A DNA stretch of 64,000 nucleotides from Chloroflexota bacterium (GTDB taxonomy: Bacteria; Chloroflexota; Limnocylindria; Limnocylindrales; CSP1-4), in the NCBI GenBank assembly GCA_021802825.1, contig JAJZRG010000003.1, positions 22,643-86,642 of the forward strand, written 5' to 3'. The notes under the pieces are model-generated. The model saw only the letters and a list, made by a program, of their open reading frames with translations. It had not been told where the DNA came from and searched no databases. Numbering within the stretch: position 1 is the first letter of the stretch; each line of letters opens with the position of its first letter. Below are positions 19,309-31,536 of this stretch, piece after piece. Made by a program: the position numbers and the translations under genes.

Positions 19309-20124
19309 GTGGGTTCTGGCGGCGACATCCGACTGGCGCGACTGTTCGATGGCGGCTCGAACGCGATCATCGCCGCCATCGACCACGGTCTGTACAACGG
19401 CCCGCGCCCGGGCTTCGAGGACCTGTCGCTGGTCGTGGACCGCCTCACGGGCGCGGACGCGATCCTGCTCAGCCCCGGGATGGCGACGCACCTCGCCCCG
19501 GCCTTCAGTCGCCGCGGTGCGCCCGCCATGATCGTGCGACTCAACTGGGGCACGCAGTACGCCACGCAGTGGGGCTATCGCGAGAGCCGGAGCGTGCCCA
19601 TGGTGTCCGCAGCCGGTGCGATCGCGCTGGGCGCCGACATCGTCTTGGTGGGGATGTCCATCAAGACCGGCTCCGAGGCGGTGGACGCCGAGAACGTGGA
19701 GATGGTCGCGAGGTGCGTGGCCGAGGCGCGCGCCGCCGGCGTGCCGATCGTCGGCGAGGTCTACCCTGCGGGGCATGAGGAAGTCAGCCCCGAAGAGCGC
19801 CATGAGGTGATCTCCATCGGCTGCCGCATCGTCGCCGAGCTTGGCGTCGACCTGGTGAAGACCTTCCACACTGGGGAGCGCTTCGCCGAGGTGTGTGCGT
19901 CCACGCCGGTCCCCGTCCTCGCACTCGGTGCGAAGAAGCTCCCGCACGAGGTGGACGCACTGGCCCTGGCGGCCACGGCGGTCCGCGACGGCGCCCGCGG
20001 CGTGGTCTTCGGGCGCAACCTCGTGGGCGCCAAGGACCCGGTGCGGTTCATGGCGGCGCTCCGCGAGGTCGTCAAGGACGGCGCCAGCCCCGCCGCCGCG
20101 GCCGCCAAGCACGGGCTGGCGTAG
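19309..20124 (+). CDS. Class I aldolase of the DhnA/LsrF (DeoC/LacD superfamily) type
   Basis: 271 aa. N-terminal RLARLFDGGSNAIIAAIDHG and the DLVKT (Schiff-base Lys region) pattern are typical of DhnA-type aldolases. Confidence 0.75.
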   Translation: MGSGGDIRLARLFDGGSNAIIAAIDHGLYNGPRPGFEDLSLVVDRLTGADAILLSPGMATHLAPAFSRRGAPAMIVRLNWGTQYATQWGYRESRSVPMVSAAGAIALGADIVLVGMSIKTGSEAVDAENVEMVARCVAEARAAGVPIVGEVYPAGHEEVSPEERHEVISIGCRIVAELGVDLVKTFHTGERFAEVCASTPVPVLALGAKKLPHEVDALALAATAVRDGARGVVFGRNLVGAKDPVRFMAALREVVKDGASPAAAAAKHGLA

Positions 20125-20135
20125 CGCCCGGAGCA

Positions 20136-21665
20136 GTGACCCTCCTGCTCGGCCTTGACGTCGGGACCACCTCGGTCAAGGCCGGGCTGTTCGACGCTGC
20201 CGGGCGGCAGGTGGCCGCCGAGGGCCGCGAGTATGCGCTGTCGCACCCCGCGCCGGATCGGGTCGAGATCGACGCTGAGACGTGGTGGTCGTCGGCCGTC
20301 GCAGCCGTGCGCGCCGTGCTCGCCGTCCCGGGCGCCATCCCCCACGCCATCGCCGCGATCGGGGTCTCCAGCCAGGGCGAGACCGTCGTGGCGGTGGACG
20401 CCAAGGGGCGCCCCCTCGGCCCGGCGCTCGTGTGGCTCGACAACCGCGCGGCCGCCGAGGCCCGACAGCTCTCGGCGACGTTCCCCAACGCGCTCGTCTA
20501 CGACCGGACGGGCGTCCCGGACGTCAACCCGACCTGGCCCGCCTCGAAGCTGCTCTGGTGGCGGAACCACGAGCCGGGGCTGTTCCACGAAGCTGCCCGG
20601 TTCCTCCTGGTCGAGGACTTCGTCCTGCACCGCCTCACCGGGCGCTTCGTCACCGAGGGCGGGATCCAGTGCACGTCGATGCTGTTCGACATCGTCGAGG
20701 GGCGCTGGTGGCCCGAGATGCTCGACGCGGTGGGTGTCGGCCCAGAGCGGCTGCCCGAGGCCGCCGTGCCTGGATCTGTGGTCGGCCGCCTGACGCCCGC
20801 CGCCGCCACGGCCCTCGGCCTGCCCGTGGGCCTGCCCGTCGTCGCGGGCGGGATGGACCAGGGAGCGGGCGCCGTTGGGGTGGGGAACACCGGCGGCGGT
20901 GTCGTGTCCGAGAGCACGGGGGGTGCGCTGACGGTGCAGGCCGCGGTGGCTCGGCACGGTGGCGACGCCTCGCGCCAGACGCCCGTGTACGTCCACTCCG
21001 CTCCCGGCCAGTACCTCTACTGCCCGGTCTGCCCCACGGGCGGCATGGCCCTCACCTGGTTCCGCGACAACCTGGGTGGCCCCGAGGTGGAGCGTGCCCG
21101 CCACGAGGGAACCAGCGCCTACGACCTGCTCACGGCGCTCGCCGCGGACATCGCCCCCGGCTGCGACGGGCTCACGATGCTGCCGCACCTCGCGGGCGCC
21201 TTCAGCCCCGAGTACGTCCCCGAGGCGCGCGGTGCGTTCATCGGGATCACGCTCGCCCACACCCGCGGCCACTTCGTCCGGTCGGTCCTCGAGGCGGTCG
21301 CGTTCATGCTGCGGCGGAACGTTGAGCTCCTGGCCATGGCGGGCGCCCCGGCAACAGAGATCCGCTCGCACGGGGGCGGCGCCCGAAGCCGACTGTGGAA
21401 CCAGATCAAGGCGGATGCCTGCGGGCTGCCGGTGGTGACCATGGAGGGCGAGGACGCGGCCGTCCGCGGCGACGCGATGCTGGCCGGCGTGGCCGTCGGG
21501 GTGTACCCGGACCTGGCGGCCGCCGACGCGGCGCTCGTCGCGACCCGGGACCGCTTCGAGCCGGAGCCCGCGAACCGCGCCGCCTACGACGACGCGTTCG
21601 ACCGCTACAACCGGCTGTTCGAGGCGCTGCGGCCCGAGTTCGAGCGCGCGGCGGCGGGCGGCTGA
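20136..21665 (+). CDS. FGGY-family carbohydrate kinase (xylulokinase/fuculokinase-like)
   Basis: The GTG start gives VTLLLGLDVGTTSVKAGLFD (phosphate-1 motif). Also GMDQGAGAVG and the C-terminal HGGGARSRLWNQIKADACGLPV. Confidence 0.85.
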   Translation: MTLLLGLDVGTTSVKAGLFDAAGRQVAAEGREYALSHPAPDRVEIDAETWWSSAVAAVRAVLAVPGAIPHAIAAIGVSSQGETVVAVDAKGRPLGPALVWLDNRAAAEARQLSATFPNALVYDRTGVPDVNPTWPASKLLWWRNHEPGLFHEAARFLLVEDFVLHRLTGRFVTEGGIQCTSMLFDIVEGRWWPEMLDAVGVGPERLPEAAVPGSVVGRLTPAAATALGLPVGLPVVAGGMDQGAGAVGVGNTGGGVVSESTGGALTVQAAVARHGGDASRQTPVYVHSAPGQYLYCPVCPTGGMALTWFRDNLGGPEVERARHEGTSAYDLLTALAADIAPGCDGLTMLPHLAGAFSPEYVPEARGAFIGITLAHTRGHFVRSVLEAVAFMLRRNVELLAMAGAPATEIRSHGGGARSRLWNQIKADACGLPVVTMEGEDAAVRGDAMLAGVAVGVYPDLAAADAALVATRDRFEPEPANRAAYDDAFDRYNRLFEALRPEFERAAAGG

Positions 21666-21726
21666 CCTGACAATCGATCCGAAACCGATCAGAACGACCA
21701 ACCACGACTCGCATGGAGGCCCACAG

Positions 21727-23115
21727 GTGGCGGTGAAGGCGAAGATCGGCGTCTGCGTGATGGCGCTGCTCGAGGACGACTACAACAAGACCGGCCACAT
21801 GCGCGAGGCCGCCACGGCAGCTGCGCAGGAGATCGCCGACACCTTCGCCCAGTGGGGCGAGGTGGTCCACGCCGGGCTGGTCGAGGAGGAGCACCAGGCG
21901 GCGGCGGCGGCGCGCGCGTTCAACGCGGCGGACGTGGACCTCATCGTGATGATGGAGCTGGCGTACACCAAGGGCCTGGTGCCCGCCCGGCTGATCATCG
22001 ACACGGCCGCCCCGATCCTGGTCTGGAACGCCCAGAAGATCCGCCGCCTCGACGAGAAAGACGGTTTCGACGTCGTCATGCTCAATTCGGGCATGGCGGG
22101 GATGCCGGAGCTGACGGCAGTGCTGCTGCGGACGGGCCGCGACTACGCGCTGGTGACCTCGCTGTTCGACGACCCCGAGGGCCGCGCCAAGGTCCAGGAG
22201 GTGATTGCGGCCGCCGCCGTCCGCCGCCGGCTGCGCGAGACGCGGGTCGCCCTCGTGGGGCACAACTTCGAGGGCATGACGGACCTCATGTTCGACGGCC
22301 TCTCGATGCGCGAGACGCTGGGCCCGGTCTACTGGCCGCTCGAGCCCGAGAAGATCGCGGTCCGCGTGGGCGAGCTGCCGCAGGACCTCGTCGACGCCCT
22401 GATGGCCGAGGAGCGCGGCAAGTACACCGTGGACATGGACCCGGCGCTGTTCGAGCGGTCCGTGCGCCTCGCGATCGCGCTCGAGCAGGTGGTCAAGGAG
22501 CACAAGTTCGACGCGTTCTGCGCCTTCGACCAGGTCTGGCTGACCGACCCCCGCGTGGGCGTCATCCCCTCCTATGGGACGGGTCGCCTGTGCGAGATCG
22601 GCATCCCGGCGGCGCCGGAGGGCGACGTCAACACGGCCGTCGCCCAGGTGATCCTCCAGGAGCTGGCGGGCACCGCGACCACGCTCGAGAACTACGTCAT
22701 CGACTACGACCAGGACGCGGTGATGTTCAGCCACGACGGCCACGGCAACCCCGCGATGGGCACGCCGGGCGCGGTCAAGGTCAAGCACTCGATCTACTAC
22801 CACGGCGTCCACGGCTTCGGCGCCGGCTTCGAGTTCGCCTACCGGCCGGGGGCGATCACCAACCTGTCGGTGGTGACCACCGGGCTCAACCAGTGGCGGT
22901 TCGTGATCAGCGAGGGCGAGCTGCTGCCGTTCCCGCCGCGCGAGATCAGCGCCCCCCAGACGCTGTTCCGCCACGACACGCTCTCGATTGCCGAGTGGTG
23001 CGACGCCTGGCTCCGCGCCGGCGCCACCCACCACCAGGGCGCCGCCTATGGGCGCTGGACCAACCAGCTGCTCCACCTGGCCCAGATGCTCGGCATCGAG
23101 GCCGTGGTCGTCTAG
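21727..23115 (+). CDS. L-fucose/L-arabinose isomerase-family sugar isomerase
   Basis: 462 aa. Overall FucI/AraA-like layout (N-terminal Rossmann-like KIGVCVMAL, mid VALVGHNFEGMTD, C-terminal barrel). GGAGG 8 nt upstream of the GTG. Confidence 0.65.
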   Translation: MAVKAKIGVCVMALLEDDYNKTGHMREAATAAAQEIADTFAQWGEVVHAGLVEEEHQAAAAARAFNAADVDLIVMMELAYTKGLVPARLIIDTAAPILVWNAQKIRRLDEKDGFDVVMLNSGMAGMPELTAVLLRTGRDYALVTSLFDDPEGRAKVQEVIAAAAVRRRLRETRVALVGHNFEGMTDLMFDGLSMRETLGPVYWPLEPEKIAVRVGELPQDLVDALMAEERGKYTVDMDPALFERSVRLAIALEQVVKEHKFDAFCAFDQVWLTDPRVGVIPSYGTGRLCEIGIPAAPEGDVNTAVAQVILQELAGTATTLENYVIDYDQDAVMFSHDGHGNPAMGTPGAVKVKHSIYYHGVHGFGAGFEFAYRPGAITNLSVVTTGLNQWRFVISEGELLPFPPREISAPQTLFRHDTLSIAEWCDAWLRAGATHHQGAAYGRWTNQLLHLAQMLGIEAVVV

Positions 23116-23127
23116 GCCGCCGCGACG

Positions 23128-23862
23128 ATGGAGGACCGCGTCAGGATCCGGCCGCCGGTCTTCGAGATCGGGCTCAAGGGATACTGCTGGGGCGCCGCCG
23201 CGGTGCGGCTCGCCGTGGAGGCCGACCGGCTGGCGCGGTCGCTGGGCGTCTCGGTCGTCTTCAACCCGCAGACCGTGGACATCCACGCTGTGGCGGCGGC
23301 GACCAGCCGGATCCTGGTGTTCGCGCAGCACATGGACCCGATGACCCCGGGCCGGGGTGTCGGCGGCGTGCTCCCCGAGGCGCTGCTCGATGCCGGCGCC
23401 GTGGGCACGCTGCTCAACCACAGCGAGAAGCCGATGGCCCTGGGGGAGTTGGCCAAGGCGGTCGAGCGGGCGCGCGACGTGGGGCTGTTCACGCTCGTCT
23501 TCGCCGACACCCCGGCCGAGGCCGCCGCGCTCGCGCACCTGGGGCCTGACATCGTGCTCGCGGAGCCGCCCGACCTCATCGCGACGGGCGTCTCGGCGGG
23601 CAACGTCATGGCCGCGTTCGTCGCGGAGACCGTGGCGGCGGTCAAGGCGGTGGACCCCGAGATCCTGGTCATGTCTGGCGCGGGGGTGAGCGGCCCCGAC
23701 GACGTGGACCGGATGATCCGCCTGGGGCTCGACGGCACGGGGTCCTCCTCGGGGATTCTGCGCGCACCGGACCCCGTGGCCGCGATGGAGGCGATGCTCG
23801 GGGCCGAGGCGCGCGCCTGGGCCGACACCCACGGAGCCCTGAAAGGAACCCCTGCCCGATGA
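23128..23862 (+). CDS. Archaeal-type (short) triosephosphate isomerase-like protein
   Basis: 244 aa. Catalytic-type motifs IGLKGY (Lys), LLNHSEK (His/Glu) and VLAEPPDLIATG (catalytic Glu loop). Confidence 0.7.
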   Translation: MEDRVRIRPPVFEIGLKGYCWGAAAVRLAVEADRLARSLGVSVVFNPQTVDIHAVAAATSRILVFAQHMDPMTPGRGVGGVLPEALLDAGAVGTLLNHSEKPMALGELAKAVERARDVGLFTLVFADTPAEAAALAHLGPDIVLAEPPDLIATGVSAGNVMAAFVAETVAAVKAVDPEILVMSGAGVSGPDDVDRMIRLGLDGTGSSSGILRAPDPVAAMEAMLGAEARAWADTHGALKGTPAR

Positions 23863-24359
23863 CCGTCTACCACGCGAGCGCGGCGCTCCACTTCCCGCTC
23901 CACAAGCCCGGCTTCGAGGACGTCACGACGGCGGCGCGCGATGCGGTGGCCGCGTCGGGCGTGCGCAGCGGGACGCTCACGGTGTACTCGCAGCACACGA
24001 CGTGCGCCGTGCTCATCCAGGAGGAGTCGATGGACCAGACGCTCGAGGGCGTCGAGTTCCTCCTCCAGGACATGGTCAACTACCTGACCTCGCTGATCCC
24101 CACCTGCCGCCACGAGGGCCAGTACCTGCACCCCGGGCCGAAGCACCTCGACTACGCGACGGGCAAGCTGGGCGAGGAGGGCTGGTGGAGCCTCAACACC
24201 GACGCCCACCTGCGCTCGGTGCTGCTGGGCCGCTCGGAGACGATCCCCGTGATCGACGGGCACGCAGAGCTGGGCGAGTTCGGTCGGATCTACTTCGCCG
24301 ACTTCGACGGCATGCGCCAGCGCGACCGCACCGTGCGCTTCACGGTGATGGGCGAGTAG
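23859..24359 (+). CDS. yjbQ: YjbQ/UPF0047 family protein
   Basis: TVYSQHTTCAVLIQE...NTDAHLRSVLLGRSETIPV, typical of YjbQ. The start overlaps the upstream stop (ATGA). Confidence 0.8.
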   Translation: MTVYHASAALHFPLHKPGFEDVTTAARDAVAASGVRSGTLTVYSQHTTCAVLIQEESMDQTLEGVEFLLQDMVNYLTSLIPTCRHEGQYLHPGPKHLDYATGKLGEEGWWSLNTDAHLRSVLLGRSETIPVIDGHAELGEFGRIYFADFDGMRQRDRTVRFTVMGE

Positions 24360-24387
24360 CCAGCACTGCCACGCCCGGGTTTCGCGA

Positions 24388-25560
24388 TCAGCTCGGTGAT
24401 AGCGCAGCCTCCAGGTCCGACCACAGATCCTCGAGCGGCTCCAACCCGATCGACAGCCGGAGCAGCGGCCCGCCGGTCCAGGGTCGGACGCTGCGCGTGA
24501 GGCCCGACCAGCGCGCGGGCATGACCAGCGACTCGAAGCCGCCCCACGAGTAGCCCAGGCCAAAGCGTCCCCTTGCGACCAGCCGGTCAGCGAACGCGTC
24601 CGCGTCGGCCTGGTCGGCGGGCGAGCCGTCGGAGCGGCGGAGCTCGAACGAGAACAGGCCCGACGCGCCGTGGAAGTCACGCTGCCAGAGGGCGTGGCCC
24701 GGGTCGCCTGGCAGGGCGGGGTGGAGGACGCGTGCCACGCAGGGGTGGCCCACCAGGCGCCCGGCGAGCACCAGCGCGCGGTCGCCGGCCTCGCGGATCC
24801 GCAGCTCCACCGTGCGAGCCCCGCGCGCCACGAGGAACGCGTCCTCGGCGCTGACCGCGGTGCCGGTCAGCCTGGCCGCGGCTCGCACCTGGGGCAGCAG
24901 CTCCTCGGTCGCGAACACGGCGCCCATCAGGAGGTCGGCGTGGCCGCCCCAGTACTTGGTCAAGGCGACCACCGAGATGTCCACGCCGTGGTCGAACGGC
25001 AGGAACAGCCCGGGCGAGCCCCAGGTGTTGTCGATGGCGGTCACGACCCGGTGGTCGGAGGTGCGGGCCGCGGCGACGATCGCGGGCACGTCCTGCACCT
25101 CGAACGTGTGCGTCCCCGGACTCTCGAGCCAGATCAGCCTGGTGGCGGGTCGGATGAGCGACGCGATCTCGGCGCCGGCCAGGGGATCGTAGAACTCCAC
25201 GTCCACGTCCAGGCCGGTCAGCAGGTCGGCGCACAGCTCCCGCGCCGGGCCGTACGCCGAGTCGGTGACGAGCAGGTGGTCGCCCGCGCGCAGGACCGCG
25301 AGCATCGCCGTCGTGATGGCGCCGAGGCCGCTCGACGCGAGCTCCACGCCCGCGCCGCCCTCGCCTGCCAGCAGCAGCCGCTCGAGCTCAGCCGTGGTGG
25401 GCGTGCCGTGCGTGCCGTAGGTCGAGTAACCGCGGTCGCCGGCTCGCCAGCGCCGGAGCGCCGCGCGCAGGGACGCGATGTCGTCGAACAGCACCGTGGA
25501 GGTGCGCCGGATTTCCGGGCTGGGCGTGCGGAAGCGGCCGTCGTTCATCGCGCGGATCAT
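24388..25560 (-). CDS. Cys/Met-metabolism PLP enzyme, cystathionine beta-lyase-like
   Basis: PLP-Lys block SVVALTKYWGGHADLLMG. Fold-type I layout, 390 aa. Confidence 0.8.
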   Translation of the reverse strand: MIRAMNDGRFRTPSPEIRRTSTVLFDDIASLRAALRRWRAGDRGYSTYGTHGTPTTAELERLLLAGEGGAGVELASSGLGAITTAMLAVLRAGDHLLVTDSAYGPARELCADLLTGLDVDVEFYDPLAGAEIASLIRPATRLIWLESPGTHTFEVQDVPAIVAAARTSDHRVVTAIDNTWGSPGLFLPFDHGVDISVVALTKYWGGHADLLMGAVFATEELLPQVRAAARLTGTAVSAEDAFLVARGARTVELRIREAGDRALVLAGRLVGHPCVARVLHPALPGDPGHALWQRDFHGASGLFSFELRRSDGSPADQADADAFADRLVARGRFGLGYSWGGFESLVMPARWSGLTRSVRPWTGGPLLRLSIGLEPLEDLWSDLEAALSPS

Positions 25561-25604
25561 CGCCCCTCACGGGCGAGCCTGTCCTGCGCGTGGCGTTCCC
25601 GAGC

Positions 25605-25760
25605 GCGTGGCGCCTGAGTCACCAAATCATGGTCGCCGGCCAGGGAGGTGCGGCGAAGGGTGACTGTGGCACACCAAGGCAGGCGATTGGTGCGCCAGAG
25701 TCACCAAGTCGATGGGCTGCGGCGCCGTCTGGCCCGATTTGGTGATCGAGGATCACCACC
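25605..25760 (-). promoter_or_regulatory. Repeat/palindrome-rich leader upstream of the MetC-like gene
   Basis: The 16-nt motif GCGCC(T/A)GAGTCACCAA occurs at 25610..25625 and 25692..25707. Inverted partner TTGGTGCGCC at 25687..25696. Palindrome GGTGATC-gag-GATCACC at 25741..25757. Confidence 0.4.
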
Positions 25761-25785
25761 CACGCGGACCGACCGCCGGAAACCG

Positions 25786-27105
<1,320 letters not shown>

Positions 27106-27460
27106 CAATGCCTTGCCTTCTTCCGTCCGCGGGAGATTGAGCCGGGCCGCACAACCGGGACCGGCCGATGGATCTGCGCCCGGGAAGGCCCCCGGCGCGT
27201 GAGAAGCTACGGTCGGTCGGCGAGGCCGTTCCGGCAAGGGCCATTGTGACGGGCCATTGGCCTCCCAAGGGGGTCCGAATCGCCGTGCCCGTGCAGCAGG
27301 CAGCAGGCCACCAACACGCGCGGGCTCACCGGTGTTCACGGAGGTCCCGGCACCCGGGCGCGCTCGGCTGTCGTTCCCTCTCCAGAGGCCCGGTCTCCGC
27401 GTGAGCCGCTTCGAGGACCTTGCCTCGCGCTGCGCGCAGCGGTGCCGCGACCCGCTTGGT

Positions 27461-28186
27461 TCAGTCGCCGGTGGACACACCCTGCGGAGCGCTATCCGGT
27501 GCGCTTGAGTCCCCGGCGGTCGCCCCCTCGGTCGACGGCGGCGTGGCCGTAAGCTCCGGGGTGGCGGTGGCCTGGCGGTCAGGGCTCTCGTCACCGGCAT
27601 CGCCTTGACCGGACGTCGCCGTTGGCTGCGGCGTCGCGCGCGACTCGTCGTCCCCCGACCCGCCGTCCAGCTCAGGCGTTGCCGTTGGTCGAGCTGCGCG
27701 CCAGGGTCTCGGAACGGGTGAGGGCGAGGGCGAGGCGGCGCGGGTCGGGTCCGCGGGTTCCGACCTGCCCGGCTCGGCTGACGCGACGATCAGGACCGGT
27801 GATTCCGAGGGCCGGGCGGTTGGCGACGGGGAAGGCGTCGTGGTGGGCCCGGCGGGCTCCAGCACGGGTGCGCCGCCCAGATGTCCCGCGACCTGCTGCG
27901 CGACGCCCGCGACACCGGCCAGCGCGACGGCGCCCGAGGTGGCGAGCATGCCGCCGACGCCGAGCGCGAGCGCGGCCGCGCGCATCCTGGTCACCAGGGG
28001 CACCGGGCGCGTGCGGAGGGTCGCCAGGCGCCCCGCCGTGGCGAACGCGGTGAACGCCTGGATCGGCGCGCGCCGGCGGACCGCCGCCAGGAACGCGCGA
28101 CCGGCGGTCGGGACCGGCTCGTCCTCGACACGCGCCATGACGGCGTCCACCAGCCGGGCGCGCAGGAGCTCGTCGATGCGCGTCAT
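27461..28186 (-). CDS. Putative anti-sigma factor (single TM, disordered Pro/Ser/Thr-rich ectodomain)
   Basis: 4-nt ATGA overlap with the ECF sigma gene. Short cytosolic N-terminus, TM segment AAALALGVGGMLATSGAVALAGV, then a low-complexity tail. Confidence 0.55.
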   Translation of the reverse strand: MTRIDELLRARLVDAVMARVEDEPVPTAGRAFLAAVRRRAPIQAFTAFATAGRLATLRTRPVPLVTRMRAAALALGVGGMLATSGAVALAGVAGVAQQVAGHLGGAPVLEPAGPTTTPSPSPTARPSESPVLIVASAEPGRSEPADPTRAASPSPSPVPRPWRAARPTATPELDGGSGDDESRATPQPTATSGQGDAGDESPDRQATATPELTATPPSTEGATAGDSSAPDSAPQGVSTGD

Positions 28187-28746
28187 GCGATCGGCTCCGA
28201 GCCGAGCTGGCGCCTCAGCTGGGCGAGGGCGCGATGCAGCCGTGACTTCACCGTTCCCTCGGGCGCACCGGTCGCCCGGGCGATCTCCTCGATACTGAGC
28301 TCGCCAACGAACCGCAGGGCCACCACCCGGCGATGGGCCTCGGGGAGGCTCGCGATCAGGGCCACGAGCTCGCGCCGGCTCTCGCGCCCCAGCACGAGCC
28401 GCTCGGGCGCGGCCTCCGAGTCCGCCGCGGGCCCGGCGTCATCGCGATCGAGATCCAACAAGGGGAGCGTCCGGCGGGCGCGCAGACGGGCGAACGCGAT
28501 CCGCATCGCGATGCGCCTCACCCATGAGCCGAAGGGCCCGTCGCCACGCCACGCCGGGAGGGCGCGATAGGCCTGGACGAAGGCGTCCTGCGCCACGTCG
28601 GCTGCCTCGTCTGGATCGTTCATCAGGCGCCGGCAGGTGGCCATCACTGTGTCCGAGGCGCGCTCGACCAGCACGCGGTAGGCATCGCCGTCTCCGGCGA
28701 GGACTGCGTCAGCGAGCGATCGGTCAGGGAGCGCGACGTCGGCCAT
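28183..28746 (-). CDS. ECF-type RNA polymerase sigma-70 factor
   Basis: Region 2 (DVAQDAFVQAYRAL...FGSWVRRIA) and region 4 (RRVVALRFVGELSIEEIARATGAPEGTVKSRLHRA). Confidence 0.85.
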   Translation of the reverse strand: MADVALPDRSLADAVLAGDGDAYRVLVERASDTVMATCRRLMNDPDEAADVAQDAFVQAYRALPAWRGDGPFGSWVRRIAMRIAFARLRARRTLPLLDLDRDDAGPAADSEAAPERLVLGRESRRELVALIASLPEAHRRVVALRFVGELSIEEIARATGAPEGTVKSRLHRALAQLRRQLGSEPIA

Positions 28747-28921
28747 CGGTCCTGCTGCACGTTGGGGCTGTTCCAGGTGAGGTGGTGCATCGTGCGGCCC
28801 TCACCTCCGGGTGGCGATCACCCGACCGGCGGAACGAAGGGTGACGATGGTCCGGGCTGGGAGATTCGGGCTGGGTCGGGGAGGCGCTGTCGCTCCCCGA
28901 CCCAGCCCGGCGTGCGTTCGG

Positions 28922-29650
28922 TCAGTCGCCGCCGGAGGCGGAGCCGCCGTCGCCGCCGCCGTCGCCGCCGTCGCCGCCCTGCTGAGGCGCCTCAGTCGGC
29001 TCGGGAGTGTGCGTGGGCTCGGCCTGGGACTCTTGGTTGTCGCCGCCCCCGTCAGCGGGCTCGGTGGCCTCGGGGTGGTGTGTCTCCTCGGGCGACTGGG
29101 ACCCCTCCGGATGGTCGGTTGCCTCGGGGCGGTCGCTGGGCTGTAGGCAGGCGCTGGAGTCAGCCGACGGCAGGGTCGCCAAGCTGTCGGTGGGCACCGC
29201 GCTGCCGCCGGCATCCGGCGCGTCGCTGGCCTGAGAGTTGTCGGCGCTGTCGCCACCGGCACCGTCAGAGCGGCACGCGGACGGGTTGTCCGACGATTCG
29301 GGGGCCGGGCTCTCGCTCGCGTCCGGCATGTCGGTGGCCTCGGGGGCCTGACTTGCGTCGGGCGTCTCGGTCGGCTCGATGGCATCGCTCGCGGCCGGGA
29401 CTTCGGTCGGCTCGGCCGATTGCGCCGCGTCCTTCGCTGCGTCAGTCGCGCGCGGCGCCTCGGGCCCCGCCGTCGCGCCGGACACGAAGCCCTCGAGCGC
29501 GTGGGCCACGACGTCCGGGACGCTCGCGAAGCCGCTGGGGAACATGTCGGGCGCGGCGAGCACGGAGCCCGCCCCCAGCACAAGCACGGCGCCCACGCCC
29601 AAGGTCGCGGCCCGGGCTTTGGTGCCGATCGTGAACCGACGGGACGTCAT
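28922..29650 (-). CDS. Secreted, highly acidic low-complexity protein
   Basis: Signal-like N-terminus (ATLGVGAVLVLGAGSVLAAP). Repetitive PE/PT/DAS-rich body ending in GGDGGDGGGDGG. No recognisable domain. Confidence 0.45.
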   Translation of the reverse strand: MTSRRFTIGTKARAATLGVGAVLVLGAGSVLAAPDMFPSGFASVPDVVAHALEGFVSGATAGPEAPRATDAAKDAAQSAEPTEVPAASDAIEPTETPDASQAPEATDMPDASESPAPESSDNPSACRSDGAGGDSADNSQASDAPDAGGSAVPTDSLATLPSADSSACLQPSDRPEATDHPEGSQSPEETHHPEATEPADGGGDNQESQAEPTHTPEPTEAPQQGGDGGDGGGDGGSASGGD

Positions 29651-29924
29651 GGGTTGCCTCTCCTGTCTGATGCCGATCGAGCTGTCGGCGATCTACTGGA
29701 AGGAGCGGTCCCGGCGGCGGAACGTTCCGAGTGGCCGGTCGGCGATGGTCCCGGGACCGGACCGGACCTTCGGGTGGCTCACTCGACCTGGCGCCCGGGC
29801 CGTCGGCTCTCGTCAACCCGAACTCGCCGACGGATCGCCGTGGGCAGCCGCGGTATGCGTGGGCGCTGATGACGATCGAGGCCGGGGCGATCGCTGCGGT
29901 GGAGATCCTCGGGTACGAGCGCCG

Positions 29925-31466
<1,542 letters not shown>

Positions 31467-31536
31467 GACGCGGACGCTACCCCATTGGGCGCCGTCCGCG
31501 CGCGGCTGTCCCGAGGCGGGTGCCCTCGGGTGCTAG

